Assembly (NCBI GenBank): GCA_965199705.1
Contig: OZ241359.1
Span: forward strand, 1,183,584-1,247,583
Reading direction: 5' to 3'
Source: Pseudomonadales bacterium
Lineage (GTDB): Bacteria > Pseudomonadota > Gammaproteobacteria > Pseudomonadales > Azotimanducaceae
DNA length: 64,000 nt
The notes under the pieces are model-generated. The model was not told where the DNA came from. It saw nothing but the letters and a program-made list of their open reading frames with translations, and did not search any database. The position numbers and the translations under genes are program-made. Position 1 is the first letter of the stretch. Each line of letters begins with the position of its first letter. Positions 45,704-54,557 of the stretch are shown here, in pieces.

Positions 45704-46732
45704 TCAGTTGAACAGATGACAGGCAACCTGGCGCTCGGTTTCGTCCTTGAGTGGAATCAGATTCGGCGTTTCATCACGACAGCGCGGCATCGCCTCCGGG
45801 CAGCGGTTGGCAAACCGGCATCCGGGCGGCACATTCACCGGTGACGGGATTTCACCGCGAATGGCGGTGGAGGGGCGAGTTCGCTCGGATCTGGGGTCCG
45901 GCTCCGGGTTGGAGCCGATCAGCACCTGCGTATAGGGGTGCCGGGGCTCGAAGAACACCCGGTCCGAGGCGCCCACCTCGACCAGCGAGCCGAGATACAT
46001 CACGGCCATCCGGTCGCTGACGTAGCGCACCATCGAAAGATCATGGGCGATGAACAGCAGGGTCAGGCCCAGCGAATCCTTGAGCGCGTCCAGCAGATTG
46101 ATCACCTGGGCCTGCACGGATACGTCCAGTGCCGAGATGGGTTCATCGCACACCACGAATTCCGGCGCCAGGATCAACGCCCTGGCGACCCCGATGCGCT
46201 GCCGTTGCCCACCGGAGAACTCGTGCGGGTAGCGGGACATGTGATCGGCCTGCAAACCGACCCGTTGCAGCCACTCGGCAGTGCGCTCGCGTATTGCCCT
46301 GGCGCCGAGGTTGGAGTGCAGCTTCAGGCCCTCACCGACAGTTTCGCCCACGGTCATGCGCGGATTCAGCGATGAGTAGGGGTCCTGGAAGATCATCTGC
46401 ATCTTTCGGGCGTAGCGAGAATAGTCACGCTGACGGTAGCGCGCCGGCAGCCGCGCTCCGCGATACCGGGCCTCTCCGGCGGTCTTGTCGAGCAGGCCGA
46501 GCAGCGTCTTGCCGAAGGTGGACTTGCCGGAACCGCTCTCGCCTACCAGGCCGACGATTTCGCGTGCACCGATGGCGAGGCTCACGCCATCCACGGCGTG
46601 TACTTTCTGCCCCCGGCCCATGTTGAAGTAGCGCGTCAGCGATTTCGCTTCGATGAGCGGCGCGACCTGCCGAGCCTCGGGCCTTGCCTGTTCTGGCCCA
46701 TCGCTTGCCGCGCCCGCGCCATCCGGTCTCAT
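45704..46732 (-). CDS. peptide/nickel ABC transporter ATP-binding protein (OppF/DppF-like)
   Basis: ORF 45704..46903. ATG 46732 overlaps the upstream stop (ATGA). Walker A GESGSGKST, LSGGQ-like FSGGQRQRIGVARAL, and the C-terminal oligopeptide-type extension. Confidence 0.85.
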   Translation of the reverse strand: MRPDGAGAASDGPEQARPEARQVAPLIEAKSLTRYFNMGRGQKVHAVDGVSLAIGAREIVGLVGESGSGKSTFGKTLLGLLDKTAGEARYRGARLPARYRQRDYSRYARKMQMIFQDPYSSLNPRMTVGETVGEGLKLHSNLGARAIRERTAEWLQRVGLQADHMSRYPHEFSGGQRQRIGVARALILAPEFVVCDEPISALDVSVQAQVINLLDALKDSLGLTLLFIAHDLSMVRYVSDRMAVMYLGSLVEVGASDRVFFEPRHPYTQVLIGSNPEPDPRSERTRPSTAIRGEIPSPVNVPPGCRFANRCPEAMPRCRDETPNLIPLKDETERQVACHLFN

Positions 46733-47781
46733 GCGCTGGTCTCCGGCAGATGCAGGTCCGGGGCTCGCGTTTCGGCGATGGCGCGGGCATCCGGGTGTTG
46801 CAGCCAGCAGCGGGCGTAGTGCCCGGCCCGCAGTGGCAGGGGCGGCGGCTCCCGGGTTTCGCAGCTGACCATTGCAAAGGGGCAGCGTGGCCGATAGGCG
46901 CATCCTGGCGGTGGCGCAAAGAGATCGGGCGGGCTGCCGCCGATGGGCATGAGCGGCTCGTCGCGGTGCGCGCGACGGCTGGGCATGGCGGCCTTCAGGC
47001 CCAGCGTATAGGGGTGGCCGGCGCGATAGAACACTTCGTCAACCGGCCCCTGCTCGACGATGCGCCCTGCGTACATCACGGCGACGTCGTCGGCGAGGCG
47101 CGCCACCACGCCGAGATCATGGGTGATGAGGATGATCGCCATGCCGGTCTGGCGCTGCAAATCGACAAGCAGGTCGAGAATCTGGGCCTGAATGGTGACA
47201 TCCAGGGCCGTGGTCGGCTCGTCGGCGATCAGAATTGCGGGTTCGCAGGCGATGGCCATGGCGATCATGGCGCGCTGCAACATGCCGCCGGAGAACTCGA
47301 AGGGATGCTGACGAATCCGCTTCTCCGGCTCTGGTATGCGCGTCATCCGCAACAGTTCGACCGCCCGTGCGAGCGCCTGGCTGCGGCTGAAATTGCGGTG
47401 CGCGACAAGGGTCTCGGCGATCTGATCGCCGATCGTCATGGTCGGATTGAGTGAGGTCATCGGGTCCTGAAAGATCATGCCGACGGCATTCCCGCGGATG
47501 TCCTGGCCATCGATTTCCGGTTGCCCGAGGATCTCCTGGCCGCGCAGTTTCGCCGAACCCTGGATGATGCGGCCAGGCGGCATGGGAATCAGACCCATCA
47601 CGGTTTGCACCGCCACCGACTTGCCGCAGCCGGACTCTCCGACGATGGCCAGCGTCTCCCCGGCATTGACCGCAAAACTGACCCCGCGCACTGCCTGCAC
47701 GACGCCGCCCCAGGTATCGAACTCCACGCGCAGGTCCTCGACTGCCAGCAGTGGCCCTGGCGCGGATGCGATGGCCGCCAT
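46729..47781 (-). CDS. peptide/nickel ABC transporter ATP-binding protein (OppD/DppD-like)
   Basis: 350-aa ORF. Walker A GESGCGKS, signature FSGGMLQRAMIAMAI, Walker B ILIADEPTTALD. Confidence 0.85.
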   Translation of the reverse strand: MAAIASAPGPLLAVEDLRVEFDTWGGVVQAVRGVSFAVNAGETLAIVGESGCGKSVAVQTVMGLIPMPPGRIIQGSAKLRGQEILGQPEIDGQDIRGNAVGMIFQDPMTSLNPTMTIGDQIAETLVAHRNFSRSQALARAVELLRMTRIPEPEKRIRQHPFEFSGGMLQRAMIAMAIACEPAILIADEPTTALDVTIQAQILDLLVDLQRQTGMAIILITHDLGVVARLADDVAVMYAGRIVEQGPVDEVFYRAGHPYTLGLKAAMPSRRAHRDEPLMPIGGSPPDLFAPPPGCAYRPRCPFAMVSCETREPPPLPLRAGHYARCWLQHPDARAIAETRAPDLHLPETSA

Positions 47782-49172
47782 CAGCCCTGATTTCTCATGC
47801 GCGCATCAAGGGCGTCGCGCAGGCCGTCGCCGAGCAGATTGAACGCCAGCACGGCGATGCTGATGAAGAGCGCCGGGAAGATCAGCTCATGTGGATAGGT
47901 GAGCATGGTCTTGATGCCCTCGTTGCACATGCTGCCCCAGGATGGGGTGGGCGGGGCCACGCCCATGCCGATGAAGGAGAGAAACGCCTCGGTGAAGATG
48001 GCGGTCGGCACGGCGAAGGTGAGCGTCACCAGAATCACCCCCAGGGTGTTGGGAATCATGTGACGCAACACCACATAGCCGGAGCGAGCGCCCAACAGAC
48101 GGGCAGCGGCGACATAGCCTTCCTCCCGGATCTGGAGTATCTGGCCACGCACCAGGCGGGCCGTGGCCGGCCAGCTGAGCGCGACCATGGCGATCACCAT
48201 CGGAGCGATTCCGGATTCGCCCGGCTGCACGCCGGACACCACGCGAATCAGAATCATGAACAGCAGAAACGGCAGGGCGACCACAAAGTCCGAAAAGCGC
48301 ATCAGCAACTGATCCAGGCGCCCGCCGAGGAAGCCGGCGGCTGCGCCATAGACCACGCCGATACCCACGAACAGCAGGGGTGCGGCCAGGCCGATGAAGA
48401 ATGACACGCGGGCGCCGGCCATCAGGCGCGCAAGCAGGTCGCGGCCGAGATAGTCCGTGCCGAGCGGATGCAGTTGCAGCTTGATGACATCGCCTTCGGC
48501 CAGGGCCTGGCCGTCCCGCGCCAGATTGCGCGAGCTGGCGTTCTCCAGCGTGATGACCCGCTTGACCGGCACTTCCAGGATCTGATGAACCCCTGACAGA
48601 CGCTCGCCCTCGGCATCGAGGGCCACGAGGCTGTAGAACCAGGTGCTCGGCCTGAGATCCAGCCGATCTTCAAAGTAGCGATGCCGATGCTCGCTGGAGG
48701 CCGGGGCCTCGAACAAGGGCAGGCCGAACGCGATCGGCTCGCCGTCCGGGGGGTAGGGGCTTCGGTACAGACGGTGGCTTGCGGCGCCGGGCAGTGGATC
48801 CCAGGTCAGTCGGGCGGCCTGTGTTGTGGCCAGCGTTGCCAGGCGCAGGCCGACGCCAGGCGTCGCGACGCCCTGATCCGCAGACCAGGGCTCGAAGGCG
48901 CCCACAATTTGCGCCCGTCGGTCGGCGCCGGGTGGTTGGCTTGCGCGCTCCACATCCGTGTCGGCCGGGTCCAGGCGCCAGATCATGGGGCCGAGCAGGG
49001 TGAACGCCAGCAGGCCGATGACGATGAACAGCGAGGCCAGCGCCCGGCGATTGGCCTTCAGTCGAACCCAGGCATCCTGCCAGTAGGAGAGTGCAGGCCG
49101 GGCAATGCTCTCTGCCGCATCGACGGGCGGGGCAGGCAACAGGTCATCGGCGCGCAGTGTGGATTCGGCCAT
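47781..49172 (-). CDS. ABC transporter permease (OppC/DppC-like) with enlarged periplasmic loop
   Basis: C-terminal 463 aa of track ORF 47781..50084. ATG 49172 (MAESTLRADD...) lies 2 nt after the OppB-like stop. TM1, then a ~170-aa hydrophilic insert, then the typical LGTDYLGRDLLARL... permease core. Confidence 0.8.
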   Translation of the reverse strand: MAESTLRADDLLPAPPVDAAESIARPALSYWQDAWVRLKANRRALASLFIVIGLLAFTLLGPMIWRLDPADTDVERASQPPGADRRAQIVGAFEPWSADQGVATPGVGLRLATLATTQAARLTWDPLPGAASHRLYRSPYPPDGEPIAFGLPLFEAPASSEHRHRYFEDRLDLRPSTWFYSLVALDAEGERLSGVHQILEVPVKRVITLENASSRNLARDGQALAEGDVIKLQLHPLGTDYLGRDLLARLMAGARVSFFIGLAAPLLFVGIGVVYGAAAGFLGGRLDQLLMRFSDFVVALPFLLFMILIRVVSGVQPGESGIAPMVIAMVALSWPATARLVRGQILQIREEGYVAAARLLGARSGYVVLRHMIPNTLGVILVTLTFAVPTAIFTEAFLSFIGMGVAPPTPSWGSMCNEGIKTMLTYPHELIFPALFISIAVLAFNLLGDGLRDALDARMRNQG

Positions 49173-49174
49173 GG

Positions 49175-50107
49175 CTATTCCAGCCGCACCCGGGGATCGA
49201 TCACGCCGTAGAGTAGATCGACGAGGATCACCATGAATACCAGAAAGCCGCCATAGAAGACGGTAGTGCCCATGATCACCGTATAGTCGAGCTGCTGTAC
49301 CGCCTGCACGAAGTAACGGCCGAGGCCGGGGATGGCGAATACCATCTCGACTACGAAGCCGCCGGTGGTGATGGCGGCGATCGCCGGCCCGAGCACCGTG
49401 ATCACTGGCAGGATGGCGTTGCGCAGTTGATGGTGAGTGAAGATGCGGGTTGCTGGCAAACCCTTGGAGCGGGCGGTGCGAACAAAGTCGGAGTTGACGA
49501 TCTCCAGCATGGACGAGCGCATCAGCCGGGTGAGATAGGCGGTGGTGCCGAGGCCGAGCACCAGGGACGGAATCAGCATGTGGGCGACGCTGCCCCAGCC
49601 CGCCACGGGCAGCAGCGAGAAGCCGACCAGGTCGTTCAGGCTGACCAGAGCGAACTGGCCGAGGGCGGCGAAGACGAAGCTCGGCACGGAGATGCCGAGG
49701 ATCACCAGCAGCATGATGAGGACGTCTGGCAGCCGATTGCGATACAGGGCGGTGAGCGCGCCCCAGAGGACGCCACCGAGGCCGGCAAACGCGACCGCCA
49801 GTACGCCCAGGGTGGCGGATACCGGGAAGTGTTCGCGGATGATGTCGTTTACCCGCCGGTTTTCCTGTGTGAACGATACGCCGAAGTCGCCGGACGCCAG
49901 GTTGCGCAGATAGATGCCGTATTGGGTGAACAGCGGCTTGTCGAGACCATACTTGGCTTCCAGATTGGCGCGAATCTTCTCCGGCACGGCCTTGTCCTGG
50001 GTCAGCGGGTCGCCGGGGACGGCGTGCATCGCGAAAAAGGTGGCGGTGGCGATGAAGAACACGGTGATGACGCCCTGAAGGCAACGCTTCACGGTGTAGC
50101 GGAGCAT
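49175..50107 (-). CDS. ABC transporter permease (OppB/DppB-like)
   Basis: 310-aa ORF. MLRYTVKRCLQGVITVFFIATATFF N-terminus and the EAA-loop region FVRTARSKGLPATRIFTHHQLRNA. Confidence 0.85.
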   Translation of the reverse strand: MLRYTVKRCLQGVITVFFIATATFFAMHAVPGDPLTQDKAVPEKIRANLEAKYGLDKPLFTQYGIYLRNLASGDFGVSFTQENRRVNDIIREHFPVSATLGVLAVAFAGLGGVLWGALTALYRNRLPDVLIMLLVILGISVPSFVFAALGQFALVSLNDLVGFSLLPVAGWGSVAHMLIPSLVLGLGTTAYLTRLMRSSMLEIVNSDFVRTARSKGLPATRIFTHHQLRNAILPVITVLGPAIAAITTGGFVVEMVFAIPGLGRYFVQAVQQLDYTVIMGTTVFYGGFLVFMVILVDLLYGVIDPRVRLE

Positions 50108-50111
50108 CCGA

Positions 50112-51821
50112 TCAGTCCTTGATCCAGGCGTAGGTGTAGTCGGTGCTGGCGCCGATCACCCGGCGCAGGATGCCGCCCACCTGTGGATGCGTCACATAGG
50201 CGACGCCACGCTCGTAATTGGGGATGAGCGCCACATCCTCGAACAGGATACGCTGCATTTCCGCGAACGCCTGCATCCGGGTTGCCGGGTCCAGCGAATT
50301 CTGGGCAATGCGCACCTGCGCGTCGTAGGCGGGATTGTTGTAGAGCCCGCGGTTGTTCAGGTTCCAGGAGGCATAGAGATCGCCAAACGTGAGTGGGTCG
50401 TTGTAATCCGGCCCCCAGCCGGCCAGCACCATATCGAAATCGCCGGACGTCATCTTCGCCAGACGCTGCTTGAAGATCTGTCGATCGATCTTGATGTCGA
50501 GGCCCAGATTCTTGCGGAACACCGCCTGGAAATACTCACTCTGCTGATTCGAGATGGGGTTGTCGCCGGCCAGCAGCACCAGCGGCGGAAACGTTTCAAG
50601 CCCCAGCTCCTGACGCGCCAGTTCGAGGTGCGCGCGCGCCTTGTTGATGTCCATGCGCCGTATCGGCGCCGGATACTCGTCCCGGAACTTGCCCTTGATG
50701 CCCTCCAGAAAAACCGGAAACAGCGACACGCCCGGTAGATACCCGGGCAGTTTGGTCACTCGATACACCAGCTCGTTCGGGTCCTGGGCATAGGCCATGG
50801 CCAGGCGCAGGTTGCGGTTGCGGGTGAGTCGCTCTGGCCGATGGTTGAAATCAATGAAAAAGACCGAGCCGTCCATGAAGCGTTGAATCTGCCAGCGCTG
50901 ATCCAGAGCCTCCGGCAGATTCTCGGCGGTCAGGGACGCCAGCAGCACGATCTTGTCGTCCTTGAAGAGGTTCAGACGGGCGTTGGCGTCGGAGACGATG
51001 TAGCCCACGTTGATGCGGTTGAGGCGAATCCGCGCCTGGTCCCAGTACCAGGGATTCCTGTCCATGACCAGCGATTGACCATGCACCCAGCTGCTGATGA
51101 CGAAGGGGCCTGTGTACAGTAGCTGATCGGCGTCCGACCCGTAGCGGCCCTGGCTTGCTGCAACGAAATCCTCGCGTTGCGGGAAGTAGGTGGAGAAGGC
51201 GGTCAGCTTGTCGAAGAAGGCGATCGGGCGCTCGAACTCGACGGCCAGCGTGCGTGCGTTCAGAGCCCGAACGCCCAGCGCCTCGACTGGCATCCGGCCC
51301 TGATTGACGGCTTCGGCGTGCTTGATCGGATACAGGATGAAGGCGTATTCGGAGGCGTTGTCCGGGTCCAGGACGCGCCGCCAGGCGAACACGAAATCGT
51401 GCGCTGTCACCGGCTCGCCATCGCTCCAGCGGGCGTCTGCGCGCAGGTGGAAGGTGGCGCCTTCGGCGTCGATGCGCCAGTCTTCGGCCAGCCCGGGCGC
51501 GAGTTCATGGTGATTGTCGTAGCGCAGCAGGCCCTCCATCACGTGCCCGAGTATCTGGCCACTCACCTGATCGGTGGACAGGGTGCTGTCGAGTTGCGGC
51601 GGCTCTTCCGTGAGCATCACGGTAATCGAGCCCTCGGCAGCGTTCACGGCGCCGCCGACGCCTTCTGCCGACGAGGTCAGCCTGGCCAGGAGATTCAAGC
51701 CCCACATGAGCGCGATGAGGCCCGCCAGGGCTGCGGCGGCGTAGAGCGCAAGCTGGCGGATGGCGGCCTTGTTGAAGCCCTGAGCCGGCCGCGCCGGCGC
51801 TGTCGCCGTATCCTCGCTCAC
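50112..51821 (-). CDS. ABC transporter substrate-binding protein, family 5 (peptide/nickel)
   Basis: 569-aa ORF (GTG start overlapping the upstream stop). N-terminal membrane anchor/signal, then an SBP_bac_5-like body (…LLRYDNHHELAPGLAEDW…WSDGEPVTAHDFVFAW…). Confidence 0.85.
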   Translation of the reverse strand: MSEDTATAPARPAQGFNKAAIRQLALYAAAALAGLIALMWGLNLLARLTSSAEGVGGAVNAAEGSITVMLTEEPPQLDSTLSTDQVSGQILGHVMEGLLRYDNHHELAPGLAEDWRIDAEGATFHLRADARWSDGEPVTAHDFVFAWRRVLDPDNASEYAFILYPIKHAEAVNQGRMPVEALGVRALNARTLAVEFERPIAFFDKLTAFSTYFPQREDFVAASQGRYGSDADQLLYTGPFVISSWVHGQSLVMDRNPWYWDQARIRLNRINVGYIVSDANARLNLFKDDKIVLLASLTAENLPEALDQRWQIQRFMDGSVFFIDFNHRPERLTRNRNLRLAMAYAQDPNELVYRVTKLPGYLPGVSLFPVFLEGIKGKFRDEYPAPIRRMDINKARAHLELARQELGLETFPPLVLLAGDNPISNQQSEYFQAVFRKNLGLDIKIDRQIFKQRLAKMTSGDFDMVLAGWGPDYNDPLTFGDLYASWNLNNRGLYNNPAYDAQVRIAQNSLDPATRMQAFAEMQRILFEDVALIPNYERGVAYVTHPQVGGILRRVIGASTDYTYAWIKD

Positions 51822-53335
51822 TGGCTGCTCCGCAGCAGGTTGCCGACCACGCGCTCAAGGTGCGCCAGGCTGTTGCATTCCTCGACCTGATGACACCAGG
51901 TTGCGTAGCGGCGCATCTCGGAATCACCCGTATTCCAGGCGCCCCGGCCTTCCGGATTGAGCCAGATCACGCGCCTGGCGCGGTCGTATATCTCTTTCAG
52001 GATCTCTGCCCTGGATTCGCCGTAGTTGTTGCGCGCATCGCCCAGAATGACGATCGTGGCGCGTTTGTCAACATCGTCCAGGCACAGGCGCTTGAAGTCC
52101 GCCAGGGCCTGACCGTAATCGGTGGAGCCGCCAGCATGATCGTGCAGCGTTCTGGCGATGGCGTTGTCGAGTGGATAGCGGCTGAACAGCTCCGTGACCT
52201 CGGCAAGGTCGGACGAGAAAGCGAAGGCGCGCACCTTCGGCATCGCCTCTTCCAGGCTGTACAGAAACATCAGCATGAAGCGCACGTATCTGGCCACGGA
52301 GCCGGATACATCACATACGGCGAAGACGCGCGGCCGGTCGATCCTGACGGCCTTCCAGCGCAGGTCGAACACAGCGCCGTCGTAGGCCATGTTGTGGCGC
52401 AGGGTGCGCGGCACATTCAGCACCCCACGCCTGGACACCTTGCGCCGCCTGGCGTACAGGGTTGCCAGGCGCTTGGCCATCTTCAGCACGATCTCCTGCA
52501 GCAGATGAAAGTTGCGATGCTCCACGTGCGAGAGTTTCACCTTGCGCAGCAGCGCCTCCCGAAGTCGTTTGCCATCTGCGTCCGCGTGCAGCAGGAACTG
52601 GCGTTCGACATGGTCTCGCACCTCCTCGCGCAGCCAGTCGCGCTTCTGGCGCAGCGTCCGGCCAAGCCGCCGACGCGGCAGGTCGTCGCTGGCCTCGGCG
52701 TCGGTGATTTCCCGGTTCAGGTCGGCGAGCCCCATCGCGTCCATGATGCGCCGGGTATAGATTCCCTTCTGTGTGAACACCTGAATGTTGCGCACTTGCA
52801 CGGCTTCGCCAGCGGCGGACATGGCGAGGCTGAGTTCAACGCGGGAGTCGGTCATCAGCAGCCGGCCGAGCGCCGATTCGGGCGCTGCCGTGGGTCCTGC
52901 GGTCAGCGGCGTTCGCTGTATCCCGGTCGCTTCGCTGGCGGCGTCCGGTCCTCGCCGACGCTTGACCTTGCGTTGGCTGCGCGTTCGCTCGCCCTGCGCC
53001 AGCCCGGAATCCGACGGCTGGCTTTCGCCCACTGATGCGCCGCCACCAGCGCCATCTCCCTGCGCGTCTGCCTCGGCGCCGTCTGCCTGACCGTCACCGG
53101 CTGCGGGCAATGGCGCAAAGGAATCGAAGGAGAAGAAATCGTCGAAGCAGGCGCTGAATATGGCCTTTTCATCTGCGCTCTTGGGCAGGGTGAGTGACAG
53201 GGCGCGCTTCAGCGTGGCCTTGTCCCGGTAGCCCACCAGTTGCAGCGTGTCGAATGCATCCAGAGTCTCGGCTGTGGAGATGCGCACCTCGGCGTTGCGC
53301 AGGGCGCCGATGAATCTCGTCAGGGTGCGCTCCAT
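51818..53335 (-). CDS. VWA domain-containing CoxE-like protein
   Basis: 505-aa ORF. VFAVCDVSGSVARY (MIDAS DxSxS) and ATIVILGDARNNYG. The N-terminal half has a low-complexity acidic/Gly linker. Confidence 0.8.
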   Translation of the reverse strand: MERTLTRFIGALRNAEVRISTAETLDAFDTLQLVGYRDKATLKRALSLTLPKSADEKAIFSACFDDFFSFDSFAPLPAAGDGQADGAEADAQGDGAGGGASVGESQPSDSGLAQGERTRSQRKVKRRRGPDAASEATGIQRTPLTAGPTAAPESALGRLLMTDSRVELSLAMSAAGEAVQVRNIQVFTQKGIYTRRIMDAMGLADLNREITDAEASDDLPRRRLGRTLRQKRDWLREEVRDHVERQFLLHADADGKRLREALLRKVKLSHVEHRNFHLLQEIVLKMAKRLATLYARRRKVSRRGVLNVPRTLRHNMAYDGAVFDLRWKAVRIDRPRVFAVCDVSGSVARYVRFMLMFLYSLEEAMPKVRAFAFSSDLAEVTELFSRYPLDNAIARTLHDHAGGSTDYGQALADFKRLCLDDVDKRATIVILGDARNNYGESRAEILKEIYDRARRVIWLNPEGRGAWNTGDSEMRRYATWCHQVEECNSLAHLERVVGNLLRSSQ

Positions 53336-53362
53336 TGCCCTTGTCCGGGCGCGCGCCCGCGG

Positions 53363-54343
53363 TTAATCCGCCGCCACGGGCCGGGTGTCGGCCTCGCGCT
53401 GCGCGGATGCCGCCAGCTTGCGGGTGATGGCGTTGATCTCGCCCTGCACATGGTCGATGTCTTCCTGGAACTTGAGGATCACGTTCAGAGTATCCCGCAC
53501 CAGCTGGGCGTCCAGGGCCTCTGCGTGCAGCAGCATCAGCGTGCGCGCCCAGTCGATGGTTTCGGAGATGGCCGGCGCCTTCTTCAGGTCCAGCGCCCGC
53601 AACTCGTGGATGAAGGCCACCAGTTGCTGGCGCAGGCGCGCCGGAATCTCCGGTGCTCGAGCGTGGACGATACGCTGTTCCAGAGGTTCGTCAGGGAAGG
53701 GGATGTAGAGGTGCAGGCAGCGTCTTTTCAGGGCGTCTGAAATCTCGCGCGTGTTGTTGCTGGTGAGGAACACCATGGGCGGTTCGCGCACTGCCCTGAC
53801 GGTGCCGATTTCCGGGATCGACACCTGATAGTCCGACAGGATTTCCAGCAGCAGGGATTCGAACTCGTGGTCCGACTTGTCCACCTCGTCGATCAGCAGC
53901 ACGCAACCCGCCTCGGCCTGCAGCGCCTTCAACAACGGTCTGGGTTCCATGAAGGCTGCGGAAAAGAAGATGTCGCCGAATTCGTGCAACCGATCCACCG
54001 ATTCGGCAAAGCCCCTGGCGCCTTGCAGCACTTCGTCGAGCGTTTCCTTCAACACCTGGGTGTAGAGCAGCTGCTTGCCATACTTCCACTCGTAAATGGC
54101 CTTGGCCTCGTCCAGCCCCTCGTAGCATTGCAGCCGGATCAGCGGCAGGGCGAGCATCTCGGCGGTGGTCTTGGCCAGCTCGGTCTTGCCGACGCCGGGC
54201 GGCCCCTCGATCAGGATCGGCTTGTGCAGGCGATAGGCCAGCCAGACGGCAGTTGCGATCTGCGGGCTACAGATGTAGCGGTGGTCTTCGAGCGCCGCAG
54301 CGACGGCGGTGGCGTCTGCGGTGATGGTGTCAAGGTCTGGCAA
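53363..54343 (-). CDS. MoxR-like AAA+ ATPase (CoxD-like)
   Basis: 326-aa ORF. Walker A ILIEGPPGVGKTELAK and Walker B VLLIDEVDKSD. Confidence 0.85.
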   Translation of the reverse strand: MPDLDTITADATAVAAALEDHRYICSPQIATAVWLAYRLHKPILIEGPPGVGKTELAKTTAEMLALPLIRLQCYEGLDEAKAIYEWKYGKQLLYTQVLKETLDEVLQGARGFAESVDRLHEFGDIFFSAAFMEPRPLLKALQAEAGCVLLIDEVDKSDHEFESLLLEILSDYQVSIPEIGTVRAVREPPMVFLTSNNTREISDALKRRCLHLYIPFPDEPLEQRIVHARAPEIPARLRQQLVAFIHELRALDLKKAPAISETIDWARTLMLLHAEALDAQLVRDTLNVILKFQEDIDHVQGEINAITRKLAASAQREADTRPVAAD

Positions 54344-54557
54344 AAGCTATGGTTCCTGCCTGGATTTCCAGAGTGCGCCGCACGCTGCGAACACGGCATT
54401 ATCCGATTCCAGCCGGGAATCACAAACACTTGCGGCGAGCCGGCAATCAGGCGCCAATGCGCTTCAACGCCTCGCGCGCCGACAGCATTGGAATGCCCTG
54501 CGCCCAAATGCCGGTGCGTACCGTTACAATATCGGCAGTTCGACAAGGGGTTCTGCG

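Noticed and set aside
47781-50084. 767-aa ORF as one protein
   Set aside because: The N-terminal ~300 codons are an out-of-frame overlap of the OppB-like gene (49175..50107) with Arg/Pro-rich nonsense. The genuine permease starts at ATG 49172.
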